A stretch of DNA of 64,000 bases from NCBI RefSeq assembly GCF_009914755.1, contig NC_060939.1; one strand, 5' to 3'. Made by a program: the position numbers and the translations under genes. This document shows, one piece after another, positions 1 to 14,800 of the stretch. Each line of letters opens with the position of its first letter. The first letter of the stretch is position 1. Under the pieces are notes generated by a model that was not told where the DNA came from, did no database searches, and was given only the letters and a program-made list of their open reading frames with translations. The DNA is from the human T2T-CHM13v2.0 reference genome, Homo sapiens.

Positions 1-1063
1 GATTCCATTCTATATCTATAAATTCAATTGGAGACCATTGCTTTTGAGTTCATTCTATATGATTCCATTCCATTCAAGTCCATTACATTTGGTTCAATTC
101 CATTCCATTCCATTCCCTTCCATTCCATTCCAGTTGATATCAATCCATTCGATTCCATTCCATTCGAGCACATTCCATTCGAGTCCATTCCATTCGATGC
201 CATTCCATTTGATTCTATTCCATTAGTCTCCATTCAATTCCATTAATCTCCATTCCATTCCATTCTACTCCAACTGATTCCATTCCATTCTATTCCTTTC
301 CATTCCATTTCATTCCATTCCATTCCATTTCATTCCATTCCATTCCATTCGCTTCCATTCCATTCGTGTCCATTCCACTCCAGTCCATTCCATTCGTGTC
401 CATTCCATTCCAGTCCATTCCATTTGTGTCCACTGCATTCCATTCCACTCCATTCCATATTATTCCATTACACTCCATTCCATTCTATTACTTTCATTTC
501 CATTCAATTCCATTCCATTTGATTCCATTCCACTCGGTTTCATTCCATTTGAGTCCACTCCATTCCATTCCATTCCATTCCATTCAGTTCCATTCCATTC
601 TGTTCCATTCCATTCCGTTCCATTGCATTCCATTCCATTCGGTACCATTCCATATTGTTCCATTCGATTCCATTCGAATCCATTCCATTCCAGTCCATTC
701 CATTCGATTCCATTCCATTCCTTTCAATTCCATTCCATTCCATTCCATTCCACTTGATTCCACTCCATTCCCTTCCACTGCATTCCATTCGATTCCATTC
801 CATTGCTTTGCATTCCATTCCATTGGATTGCATTCCATTCGATTCCATTCCATTCGAATCAATTACATAGCAATCCATTACATTCGAGTCTATTCTATTC
901 CGTTCCATTCGATTTCGTTCCAATCCATTCGATTCCATTCCATTCGATTCCATTCCATACTATTGCATTCCATTCGATTACATTATATTCGAATAAGTTC
1001 CATTCAAGACCATTTCTTTTGAGTCCATTCTATTTGAGTCCATTCCCTTTGATTCCATAACAT

Positions 1064-2857
1064 TTGAGTCCATTCAATTCCATTCCTTTCGTTTGCATTC
1101 CATTTGATGCCATTCCATTCAATTCTGTTCTACTCGACTCCAATACATTCAATTCCATTCCATCCGATTCCATTACATTCTTTTCATTTCTTATCCATTT
1201 CAAGCCATTCCACTCCATTCCATTCCACTCGTTTCCTTTCCATTCGAGTCCATTCCTCTCCAGTCCATTCCGTTCAATCCATTCCATTCCAGTCCATTCC
1301 ATTCGAGTCCGTTCCATTCCAGTCCATTCCATTCGAGTCAACTCCATTCCATTCGATGTCTTTCCATAACGATCCATTCCATTCTATTCCTTTCGATTCC
1401 ATTCCATTCTATTTCATTCCATTCGATTCCCTTCCATTGGACTCCTTTCCATTCGAGTGCATTCCATTCCTTTCCATTTCTTCCCGTTCTGTACGATTCC
1501 TACCGTTCGATTTCATTTTGTTCCAGTCCATTCCTTTCGCGTCCATTCCATTCCATTTCACTCCATTCGATTCCATTCCACTCGATTCCACTTCGTTCCA
1601 TTTCATTGCATTCCATTCTATTCAACTCTATTGCCTTCCATTCCATTCCATTCGATTACATTCCATGCGATTCCATTCGAAATCGAATCAATTACATTGC
1701 AATCCATTACTATTGAGTCCGTTTTATTCCAGTCCACTGCATTCTGGTCCATTCCATTTGATTCCATTCCATTCTATTCCATTCCATACATTTGCATTCC
1801 ATTGGATTCCATGCTATATCTATAAATTCAATTCGAGACCATTGCTTTTGATTCCATTCTATATGATTCCATTCCATTCAAGTCCATTACATTTGGTTCA
1901 ATTCCATTCCATTCCATTCCCTTCCATTCCATTCCAGTTGATATCAATCCATTCGATTCCATTCCATTCGAGCACATTCCATTCGAGTCCATTCCATTCG
2001 ATGCCATTCCATTTGATTCTATTCTATTAGTCTCCATTCAATTCCATTAATCTCCATTCCATTCCATCCTACTCCAACTGATTCCATTCCATTCTATTCC
2101 TTTCCATTCCATTTCATTCCATTCCATTCCATTTCATTCCATTCCATTCCATTCGTGTCCATTCCACTGCAGTCCATTCCATTCGTGTCCATTCCATTCC
2201 AGTCCATTCCATTTGTGTCCCCTGCATTCCATTACACTCCATTCCATATTATTCCATTACACTCCATTCAATTCTATTACTTTCATTTCCATTCAATTCC
2301 ATTCCATTTGATTCCATTCCACTCGGTTTCATTCCATTTGAGTCCACTCCATTCCATTCCATTCCATTCCATTCAGTTCCATTCCATTCTATTCCATTCC
2401 ATTCCGTTCCATTACATACCATTCCATTCGGTACCATTCCATATTGTTCCATTCGATTCCATTCGAATCCATTCCATTCCAGTCCATTCCATTCGATTCC
2501 ATTCCATTCATTTCAATTCCATTCCATTCCATTCCATTCCATTCCACTTGATTCCTCTCCATTCCCTTCCACTGCATTCCGTTCGATTCCATTCCATTGC
2601 ATTGCGTTCCATTCCATTGGATTGCATTCCATTCGATTCCATTCCATTCGAATCAATTACATAGCAATCCATTACATTCGAGTCTATTCTATTCCGTTCC
2701 ATTCGATTTCGTTCCAATCCATTCGATTCCATTCCATTCGATTCCATTCCATACTATTGCATTCCATTCTATTACATTATATTCGAATAAGTTCCATTCA
2801 AGACCATTTCTTTTGAGTCCATTCTATTTGAGTCCATTCCCTTTGATTCCATAACAT
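1064..2857 (+). repeat. Representative single higher-order unit (1794 bp)
   Basis: Interval between successive landmark copies. It contains single-copy markers CATAACGATCC, CTGTACGATTCCTACCG, TTCGCGTCC, GAAATCGAATC, CTATAAATTC, GATATC (EcoRV), GAGCAC, GGTACC (KpnI) and GAATAAGTTCC. Confidence 0.9.
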
Positions 2858-5800
2858 TTGAGTCCATTCAATTCCATTCCTTTCGTTTCCATTCCATTTG
2901 ATGCCATTCCATTCAATTCTGTTCTACTCGACTCCAATACATTCAATTCCATTCCATCCGATTCCATTACATTCTTTTCATTTCTTATCCATTTCAAGCC
3001 ATTCCACTCCATTCCATTCCACTCGTTTCCTTTCCATTCGAGTCCATTCCTCTCCAGTCCATTCCGTTCAATCCATTCCATTCCAGTCCATTCCATTCGA
3101 GTCCGTTCCATTCCAGTCCATTCCATTCGAGTCAATTCCATCCCATTCGATGTCTTTCCATAACGATCCATTCCATTCTATTCCTTTCGATTCCATTCCA
3201 TTCTATTTCATTCCATTCGATTCCCTTCCATTGGACTCCTTTCCATTCGAGTGCATTCCATTCCGTTCCATTTCTTTCCGTTCTGTACGATTCCTACCGT
3301 TCGATTTCATTTTGTTACAGTCCATTCCTTTCGCGTCCATTCCATTCCATTTCACTCCATTCGATTCCATTCCACTCGATTCCACTTCGTTCCATTTCAT
3401 TGCATTCCATTCTATTCAACTCTATTGCCTTCCATTCCATTCCATTCGATTACATTCCATGCGATTCCATTCGAAATCGAATCAATTACATTGCAATCCA
3501 TTACTATTGAGTCCGTTTTATTCCAGTCCACTGCATTCTGGTCCATTCCATTTGATTCCATTCCATTCTATTCCATTCCATACAGTTGCATTCCATTGGA
3601 TTCCATGCTATATCTATAAATTCAATTCGAGACCATTGCTTTTGAGTCCATTCTATATGATTCCATTCCATTCAACTCCATTACATTTGGTTCAATTCCA
3701 TTCCATTCCATTCCCTTCCATTCCATTCCATTTGATATCAATCCATTCGATTCCATTCCATTCAAGCACATTCCATTCGAGTCCATTCCATTCGATGCCA
3801 TTCCATTTGATTCTATTCCATTAGTCTCCATTCAATTCCATTAATCTCCATTCCATTCCATTCTACTCCAACTGATTCCATTCCATTCTATTCCTTTCCA
3901 TTCCATTTCATTCCATTCCATTCCATTCGTGTCCATTCCACTCCAGTCCATTCCATTCGTGTCCATTCCATTCCAGTCCATTCCATTTGTGTCCACTGCA
4001 TTCCATTCCACTCCATTCCATATTATTCCATTACACTCCATTCCATTCTATTACTTTCATTTCCATTCAATTCCATTCCATTTGATTCCATTCCACTCGG
4101 TTTCATTACATTTGAGTCCACTCCATTCCATTCCATTCCATTCCATTCAGTAACATTCCATTCTGTTCCATTCCATTCCGTTCCATTACATTCCATTCCA
4201 TTCGGTACCATTCCATATTGTTCCATTCGATTCCATTCGAATCCATTCCATTCCAGTCCATTCCATTCGATTCCATTCCATTCATTTCAATTCCATTCCA
4301 TTCCATTCCATTACATTCCACTTGATTCCTCTCCATTCCCTTCCACTGCATTCCGTTCGATTCCATTCCATTGCATTGCATTCCATTCCATTGGATTGCA
4401 TTCCATTCGATTCCATTCCATTCGAATCAATTACATAGCAATCCATTACATTCGAGTCTATTCTATTCCGTTCCATTCGATTTCGTTCCAATCCATTCGA
4501 TTCCATTCCATTCGATTCCATTCCATACTATTGCATTCCATTCTATTTCATTATATTCGAATAAGTTCCATTCAAGACCATTTCTTTTGAGTCCATTCTA
4601 TTTGAGTCCATTCCCTTTGATTCCATAACATTTGAGTCCATTCAATTCCATTCCTTTCGTTTCCATTCCATTTGATGCCATTCCATTCAATTCTGTTCTA
4701 CTCGACTCCAATACATTCAATTCCATTCCATCCGATTCCATTACATTCTTTTCATTTCTTATCCATTTCAAGCCATTCCACTCCATTCCATTCCACTCGT
4801 TTCCTTTCCATTCGAGTCCATTCCTCTCCAGTCCATTCCGTTCAATCCATTCCATTCCAGTCCATTCCATTCGAGTCCGTTCCATTCCAGTCCATTCCAT
4901 TCGAGTCAATTCCATCCCATTCGATGTCTTTCCATAACGATCCATTCCATTCTATTCCTTTCGATTCCATTCCATTCTATTTCATTCCATTCGATTCCCT
5001 TCCATTGGACTCCTTTCCATTCGAGTGCATTCCATTCCGTTCCATTTCTTTCCGTTCTGTACGATTCCTACCGTTCGATTTCATTTTGTTCCAGTCCATT
5101 CCTTTCGCGTCCATTCCATTCCATTTCACTCCATTCGATTCCATTCCACTCGATTCCACTTCGTTCCATTTCATTGCATTCCATTCTATTCAACTCTATT
5201 GCCTTCCATTCCATTCCATTCGATTACATTCCATGCGATTCCATTCGAAATCGAATCAATTACATTGCAATCCATTACTATTGAGTCCGTTTTATTCCAG
5301 TCCACTGCATTCTGGTCCATTCCATTTGATTCCATTCCATTCTATTCCATTCCATACAGTTGCATTCCATTGGATTCCATGCTATATCTATAAATTCAAT
5401 TCGAGACCATTGCTTTTGAGTCCATTCTATATGATTCCATTCCATTCAAGTCCATTACATTTGGTTCAGTTCCATTCCATTCCATTCCAGTTGATATCAA
5501 TCCATTCGATTCCATTCCATTCGAGCACATTCCATTCGAGTCCATTCCATTCGATGCCATTCCATTTGATTCTATTCCATTAGTCTCCATTCAATTCCAT
5601 TAATCTCCATTCCATTCCATTCTACTCCAACTGATTCCATTCCATTCTATTCCTTTCCATTCCATTTCATTCCATTCCATTCCATTTCATTCCACTCCAT
5701 TCCATTCGCTTCCATTCCATTCGTGTCCATTCCACTCCAGTCCATTCCATTCGTGTCCATTCCATTCCAGTTCATTCCATTTGTGTCCACTGCATTCCAT

Positions 5801-8800
5801 TCCACTCCATTCCATATTATTCCATTACACTCCATTCCATTCTATTACTTTCATTTCCATTCAATTCCATTCCATTTGATTCCATTCCACTCGGTTTCAT
5901 TCCATTTGAGTCCACTCCATTCCATTCCATTCAGTTCCATTCCATTCTGTTCCATTCCATTCCGTTCCATTGCATTCAATTCCATTCGGTACCATTCCAT
6001 ATTGATCCATTCGATTCCATTCGAATCCATTCCATTCCAGTCCATTCCATTCGATTCCATTCCATTCCTTTCAATTCCATTCCATTCCATTCCATTCCAC
6101 TTGATTCCACTCCATTCCCTTCCACTGCATTCCATTCGATTCAATTCCATTGCATTGCATTCCATTCCATTGGACTGCATTCCATTCTATTCCATTCCAT
6201 TCGAATCAATTACATAGCAATCCATTACATTCGAGTCTATTCTATTCCGTTCCATTCGATTTCATTCCAATACATTCGATTCCATTCCATTCCATTCGAT
6301 TCCATTCCATTCGATTCCATTCCATACTATTGCATTCCATTCTATTACATTATATTCGAATAAGTTCCATTCAAGACCATTTCTTTTGAGTCCATTCTAT
6401 TTGAGTCCATTCCCTTTGATTCCATAACATTTGAGTCCATTCAATTCTATTCCTTTCGTTTCCATTCCATTTGATGCCATTCCACTCAATTCTGTTCTAC
6501 TCGACTCCAATACATTCAATTCCATTCCATCCGATTCCATTACATTCTTTTCATTTCTTATCCATTTCAAGCCATTCCACTCCATTCCATTCCACTCGTT
6601 TCCTTTCCATTCGAGTCCATTCCTCTCCAGTCCATTCCGTTCAATCCATTCCATTCCAGTCCATTCCATTTGAGTCCGTTCCATTCCAGTCCATTCCATT
6701 CGAGTCAATTCCATTCCATTCGATGTCTTCCATAACGATCCATTCCATTCTATTCCTTTCGATTCCATTCCATTCTATTTCATTCCATTCGATTCCCTTC
6801 CGTTGGACTCCTTTCCATTCGAGTGCATTCAATTCCGTTCCATTTCTGTCCGTTCTGTACGATTCTTACCGTTCGATTTCATTTTGTTCCAGTCCATTCC
6901 TTTCGCGTCCATTCCATTCCATTTCACTCCATTCGATTCCATTCCACTCGATTCCACTTCGTTCCATTTCATTGCATTCCATTCTATTCAACTCTATTGC
7001 CTTCCATTCCATTCCATTCGATTACATTCCATGCAATTCCATTCGAAATCGAATCAATTACATTGCAATCCATTACTATTGAGTCCGTTTTATTCCAGTC
7101 CACTGCATTCTGGTCCATTCCATTTGATTCCATTCCATTCTATTCCATTCCATACAGTTGCATTCCATTGGATTCCATGCTATATCTATAAATTCAATTC
7201 GAGACCATTGCTTTTGAGTCCATTCTATATGATTCCATTCCATTCAAGTCCATTACATTTGGTTCAATTCCATTCCATTCCAGTTGATATCAATCCATTC
7301 GATTCCATTCCATTCGAGCACATTCCATTCGAGTCCATTCCATTCGATGCCATTCCATTTGATTCTATTCCATTAGTCTCCATTCAATTCCATTAATCTC
7401 CATTCCATTCCATTCTACTCCAACTGATTCTATTCCATTCTATTCCTTTCCATTCCATTTCATTCCATTCCATTCCATTTCATTCCATTCCATTCCTTTC
7501 GTGTCCATTCCACTCCAGTCCATTCCATTCGTGTCCATTCCATTCCAGTCCATTCCATTTGTGTCCACTGCATTCCATTCCACTCCATTCCATATTATTC
7601 CATTACACTCCATTCCATTCTATTACTTTCATTTCCATTCAATTCCATTCCATTTGATTCCATTCCACTCGGTTTCATTCCATTTGAGTCCACTCCATTC
7701 CATTCCATTCCATTCCATTCAGTTCCATTCCATTCTGTTCTGTTCCATTCCGTTCCATTGCATTCCATTCCATTCGGTACCATTCCATATTGTTCCATTC
7801 GATTCCATTCGAATCCATTCCATTCCAGTCCATTCCATTCGATTCCATTCCATTCCTTTCAATTCCATTCCATTCCATTCCATTCCACTTGATTCCACTC
7901 CATTCCCTTCCACTGCATTCCATTCGATTCCATTCCATTGCATTGCATTCCATTCCATTGGACTGCATTCCATTCGATTCCATTCCATTCGAATCAATTA
8001 CATAGCAATCCATTACATTCGAGTCTATTCTATTCCGTTCCATTCGATTTCGTTCCAATCCATTCGATTCCATTCCATTCGATTCCATTCCATACTATTG
8101 CATTCCATTCTATTACATTATATTCGAATAAGTTCCATTCAAGACCATTTCTTTTGAGTCCATTCTATTTGAGTCCATTCCCTTTGATTCCATAACATTT
8201 GAGTCCATTCAATTCTATTCCTTTCGTTTCCATTCCATTTGATGCCATTCCACTCAATTCTGTTCTACTCGACTCCAATACATTCAATTCCATTCCATCC
8301 GATTCCATTACATTCTTTTCATTTCTTATCCATTTCAAGCCATTCCACTCCATTCCATTCCACTTGTTTCCTTTCCATTCGAGTCCATTCCTCTCCAGTC
8401 CATTCCGTTCAATCCATTCCATTCCAGTCCATTCCATTCGAGTCCGTTCCATTCCAGTCCATTCCATTCGAGTCAATTCCATCCCATTCGATGTCTTTCC
8501 ATAACGATCCATTCCATTCTATTCCTTTCGATTCCATTCCATTCTATTTCATTCCATTCGATTCCCTTCCATTGGACTCCTTTCCATTCGAGTGCATTCC
8601 ATTCCGTTCCATTTCTTTCCGTTCTGTACGATTCCTACCGTTCGATTTCATTTTGTTCCTGTCCATTCCTTTCGCGTCCATTCCATTCCATTTCACTCCA
8701 TTCGATTCCATTCCACTCGATTCCACTTCGTTCCATTTCATTGCATTCCATTCTATTCAACTCTATTGCCTTCCATTCCATTCCATTCGATTACATTCCA

Positions 8801-11800
8801 TGCGATTCCATTCGAAATCGAATCAATTACATTGCAATCCATTACTATTGAGTCCGTTTTATTACAGTCCACTGCATTCTGGTCCATTCCATTTGATTCC
8901 ATTCCATTCTATTGCATTCCATACAGTTGCATTCCATTGGATTCCATTCTATATCTATAAATTCAATTCGAGACCATTGCTTTTGAGTCCATTCTATATG
9001 ATTCCATTCCATTCAAGTCCATTACATTTGGTTCAATTCCATTCCATTCCATTCCCTTCCATTCCATTCCAGTTGATATCAATCCATTCGATTCCATTCC
9101 ATTCGAGCACATTCCATTCGAGTCCATTCCATTCGATGCCATTCCATTTGATTCTATTCCATTAGTCTCCATTCAATTCCATTAATCTCCATTCCATTCC
9201 ATTCTACTCCAACTGATTCCATTCCATTCTATTCCTTTCCATTCCATTTCATTCCATTCCATTCCATTTCATTCCATTCCATTCCATTCGCTTCCATTCC
9301 ATTCGTGTCCATTCCACTCCAGTCCATTCCATTCGTGTCCATTCCATTCCAGTCCATTCCATTTGTGTCCACCGCATTCCATTCCACTCCATTCCATATT
9401 ATTCCATTACACTCCATTCCATTCTATTACTTTCATTTCCATTCAATTCCATTCCATTTGATTCCATTCCAGTTGGTTTCATGCCATTTGAGTCCACTCC
9501 ATTCCATTCCATTCCATTCCATTCAGTTCCATTCCATTCTGTTCCATTCCATTCTGTTCCATTGCATTCCATTCCATTCGGTACCATTCCATATTGTTCC
9601 ATTCGATTCCATTCGAATCCATTCCATTCCAGTCCATTCCATTCGATTCCATTCCATTCCTTTCAATTCCATTCCATTCCATTCCATTCCACTTGATTCC
9701 ACTCCATTCCCTTCCACTGCATTCCATTCGATTCCATTCCATTGCATTGCATTCCATTCCATTGGACTGCATTCCATTCGATTCCATTCCATTCGAATCA
9801 ATTACATAGCAATCCATTACATTCGAGTCTATTCTATTCCGTTCCATTCGATTTCGTTCCAATCCATTCGATTCCATTCCATTCGATTCCATTCCATACT
9901 ATTGCATTCCATTCTATTACATTATATTCGAATAAGTTCCATTCAAGACCATTTCTTTTGAGTCCATTCTATTTGAGTCCATTCCCTTTGATTCCATAAC
10001 ATTTGAGTCCATTCAATTCCATTCCTTTCGTTTCCATTCCATTTGATGCCATTCCATTCAATTCTGTTCTACTCGACTCCAATACATTCAATTCCATTCC
10101 ATCCGATTCCATTACATTCTTTTCATTTCTTATCCATTTCAAGCCATTCCACTCCATTCCATTCCACTCGTTTCCTTTCCATTCGAGTCCATTCCTCTCC
10201 AGTCCATTCCGTTCAATCCATTCCATTCCAGTCCATTCCATTCGAGTCCGTTCCATTCCAGTCCATTCCATTCGAGTCAATTCCATTCCATTCGATGTCT
10301 TTCCATAACGATCCATTCCATTCTATTCCTTTCGATTCCATTCCATTCTATTTCATTCCATTCGATTCCCTTCCATTGGACTCCTTTCCATTCGAGTGCA
10401 TTCCATTCCGTTCCATTTCTTTCCGTTCTGTACGATTCCTACCGTTCGATTTCATTTTGTTCCAGTCCATTCCTTTCGCGTCCATTCCATTCCATTTCAC
10501 TCCATTCGATTCCATTCCACTCGATTCCACTTCGTTCCATTTCATTGCATTCCATTCTATTCAACTCTATTGCCTTCCATTCCATTCCATTCGATTACAT
10601 TCCATGCGATTCCATTCGAAATCGAATCAATTACATTGCAATCCATTACTATTGAGTCCGTTTTATTCCAGTCCACTGCATTCTGGTCCATTCCATTTGA
10701 TTCCATTCCATTCTATTCCATTCCATACAGTTGCATTCCATTGGATTCCATTCTATATCTATAAATTCAATTCGAGACCATTGCTTTTGAGTCCATTCTA
10801 TATGATTCCATTCCATTCAAGTCCATTACATTTGGTTCAATTCCATTCCATTCCATTCCCTTCCATTCCATTCCAGTTGATATCAATCCATTCGATTCCA
10901 TTCCATTCGAGCACATTCCATTCGAGTCCATTCCATTCGATGCCATTCCATTTGATTCTATTCCATTAGTCTCCATTCAATTCCATTAATCTCCATTCCA
11001 TTCCATTCTACTCCAACTGATTCCATTCCATTCTATTCCTTTCCATTCCATTTCATTCCATTCCATTCCATTTCATTCCATTCCATTCCATTCGTGTCCA
11101 TTCCACTCCAGTCCATTCCATTCGTGTCCATTCCATTCCAGTCCATTCCATTTGTGTCCACTGCATTCCATTCCACTCCATTCCATATTATTCCATTACA
11201 CTCCATTCCATTCTATTACTTTCATTTCCATTCAATTCCATTCCATTTGATTCCATTCCACTCGGTTTCATTCCATTTGAGTCCACTCCATTCCATTCCA
11301 TTCCATTCCATTCAGTTCCATTCCATTCTGTTCCATTCCATTCCGTTCCATTACATTCCATTCCATTCGGTACCATTCCATATTGTTCCATTCGATTCCA
11401 TTCGAATCCATTCCATTCCAGTCCATTCCATTCGATTCCATTCCATTCATTTCAATTCCATTCCATTCCATTCCATTACATTCCACTTGATTCCTCTCCA
11501 TTCCCTTCCACTGCATTCCGTTCGATTCCATTCCATTGCATTGCATTCCATTCCATTGGATTGCATTCCATTCGATTCCATTCCATTCGAATCAATTACA
11601 TAGCAATCCATTACATTCGAGTCTATTCTATTCCGTTCCATTCGATTTCGTTCCAATCCATTCGATTCCATTCCATTCGATTCCATTCCATACTATTGCA
11701 TTCCATTCTATTACATTATATTCGAATAAGTTCCATTCAAGACCATTTCTTTTGAGTCCATTCTATTTGAGTCCATTCCCTTTGATTCCATAACATGAGT

Positions 11801-14800
11801 CCATTCAATTCCATTCCTTTCGTTATCATTCCATTTGATGCCATTCCATTCAATTCTGTTCTACTCGACTCCAATACATTCAATTCCATTCCATCCGATT
11901 CCATTACATTCTTTTCATTTCTTATCCATTTCAAGCCATTCCACTCCATTCCATTCCACTCGTTTCCTTTCCATTCGAGTCCATTCCTCTCCAGTCCATT
12001 CCGTTCAATCCATTCCATTCCAGTCCATTCCATTCGAGTCCGTTCCATTCCAGTCCAATCCATTCGAGTCAATTCCATCCCATTCGATGTCTTTCCATAA
12101 CGATCCATTCCATTCTATTCCTTTCGATTCCATTCCATTCTATTTCATTCCATTCGATTCCCTTCCATTGGACTCCTTTCCATTCGAGTGCATTCCATTC
12201 CGTTCCATTTCTTTCCGTTCTGTACGATTCCTACCATTCAATTTCATTTTGTTCCAGTCCATTCCTTTCGCGTCCATTCCATTCCATTTCACTCCATTCG
12301 ATTCCATTCCACTCGATTCCACTTCGTTCCATTTCATTGCATTCCATTCTATTCAACTCTATTGCCTTCCATTCCATTCCATTCGATTACATTCCATGCG
12401 ATTCCATTCGAAATCGAATCAATTACATTGCAATCCATTACTATTGAGTCCATTTTTTTCCAGTCCACTGCATTCTGGTCCATTCCATTTGATTCCATTC
12501 CATTCTATTCCATTCCATACAGTTGCATTCCATTGGATTCCATTCTATATCTATAAATTCAATTCGAGACCATTGCTTTTGAGTCCATTCTATATGATTC
12601 CATTCCATTCAAGTCCATTACATTTGGTTCAATTCCATTCCATTCCATTCCCTTTCATTCCATTCCAGTTGATATCAATCCATTCGATTCCATTCCATTC
12701 GAGCACATTCCATTCGAGTCCATTCCATTCGATGCCATTCCATTTGATTCTATTCCATTAGTCTCCATTCAATTCCATTAATCTCCATTCCATTCCATTC
12801 TCCTCCAACTGATTCCATTCCATTCTATTCCTTTCCATTCCATTTCATTCCATTCCATTCCATTTCATTCCATTCCATTCCATTCGCTTCCATTCCATTC
12901 GTGTCCATTCCACTCCAGTCCATTCCATTCGTGTCCATTCCATTCCAGTCCATTCCATTTGTGTCCACTGCATTCCATTCCACTCCATTCCATATTATTC
13001 CATTACACTCCATTCCATTCTATTACTTTCATTTCCATTCAATTCCATTCCATTTGATTCCATTCCACTCGGTTTCATTCCATTTGAGTCCACTCCATTC
13101 CATTCCATTCCATTCCATTCAGTTCCATTCCATTCTGTTCCATTCCATTCCGTTCCATTGCATTCCATTCCATTCGGTACCATTCCATATTGTTCCATTC
13201 GATTCCATTCGAATCCATTCCATTCCAGTCCATTCCATTCGATTCCATTCCATTCCTTTCAATTCCATTCCATTCCATTCCACTTGATTCCACTCCATTC
13301 CCTTCCACTGCATTCCAATCGATTCCATTCCATTGCATTGCATTCCATTCCATTGGACTGCATTCCATTCGATTCCATTCCATTCGAATCAATTACATAG
13401 CAATCCATTACATTCGAGTCTATTCTATTCCGTTCCATTCGATTTCGTTCCAATCCATTCGATTCCATTCCATTCGATTCCATTCCATACTATTGCATTC
13501 CATTCTATTACATTATATTCGAATAAGTTCCATTCAAGACCATTTCTTTTGAGTCCATTCTATTTGAGTCCATTCCCTTTGATTCCATAACATTTGAGTC
13601 CATTCAATTCCATTCCTTTCGTTTGCATTCCATTTGATGCCATTCCATTCAATTCTGTTCTACTCGACTCCAATACATTCAATTCCATTCCATCCGATTC
13701 CATTACATTCTTTTCATTTCTTATCCATTTCAAGCCATTCCACTCCATTCCATTCCACTCGTTTCCTTTCCATTCGTGTCCATTCCTCTCCAGTCCATTC
13801 CGTTCAATCCATTCCATTCCAGTCCATTCCATTCGAGTCCGTTCCATTCCAGTCCATTCCATTCGAGTCAATTCCATCCCATTCGATGTCTTTCCATAAC
13901 GATCCATTCCATTCTATTCCTTTCGATTCCATTCCATTCTATTTCATTCCATTCGATTCCCTTCCATTGGACTCCTTTCCATTCGAGTGCATTCCATTCC
14001 GTTCCATTTCTTTCCGTTCTGTACGATTCCTACCGTTCGATTTCATTTTGTTCCAGTCCATTCCTTTCGCGTCCATTCCATTCCATTTCACTCCATTCGA
14101 TTCCATTCCACTCGATTCCACTTCGTTCCATTTCATTGCATTCCATTCTATTCAACTCTATTGCCTTCCATTCCATTCCATTCGATTACATTCCATGCGA
14201 TTCCATTCGAAATCGAATCAATTACATTGCAATCCATTACTATTGAGTCCGTTTTATTCCAGTCCACTGCATTCTGGTCCATTCCATTTTATTCCATTCC
14301 ATTTTATTCCATTCCATACAGGTGCATTCCATTGGATTCCATGCTATATCTATAAATTCAATTCGAGACCATTGCCTTTGAGTCCATTCTATATGATTCC
14401 ATTCCATTCAAGTCCATTACATTTGGTTCAATTCCATTCCATTCCATTCCCTTCCATTCCATTCCAGTTGATATCAATCCATTCGATTCCATTCCATTCG
14501 AGCACATTCCATTCGAGTCCATTCCATTCGATGCCATTCCATTTGATTCTATTCCATTAGTCTCCATTCAATTCCATTAATCTCCATTCCATTCCATTCT
14601 ACTCCAACTGATTCCATTCCATTCTATTCCTTTCCATTCCATTTCATTCCATTCCATTCCATTTCATTCCATTCCATTCCATTCGTGTCCATTCCACTCC
14701 AGTCCATTCCATTCGTGTCCATTCCATTCCAGTCCATTCCATTTGTGTCCACTGCATTCCATTCCACTCCATTCCATATTATTCCATTACACTCCATTCC

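Noticed and set aside
11-25. TATA-like TATATCTATAAAT once per unit
   Set aside because: It is a diverged pentamer block whose internal paralogue reads TATATTCGAATAAG. It has no promoter context and is mutated in some units (~32468, ~60935).
700-760. Non-B DNA potential (GGA-zipper hairpins on the GGAAT strand, i-motif on the CCATT strand)
   Set aside because: This is a generic in-vitro property of Satellite III pentamers, and nothing here is specific to this window.
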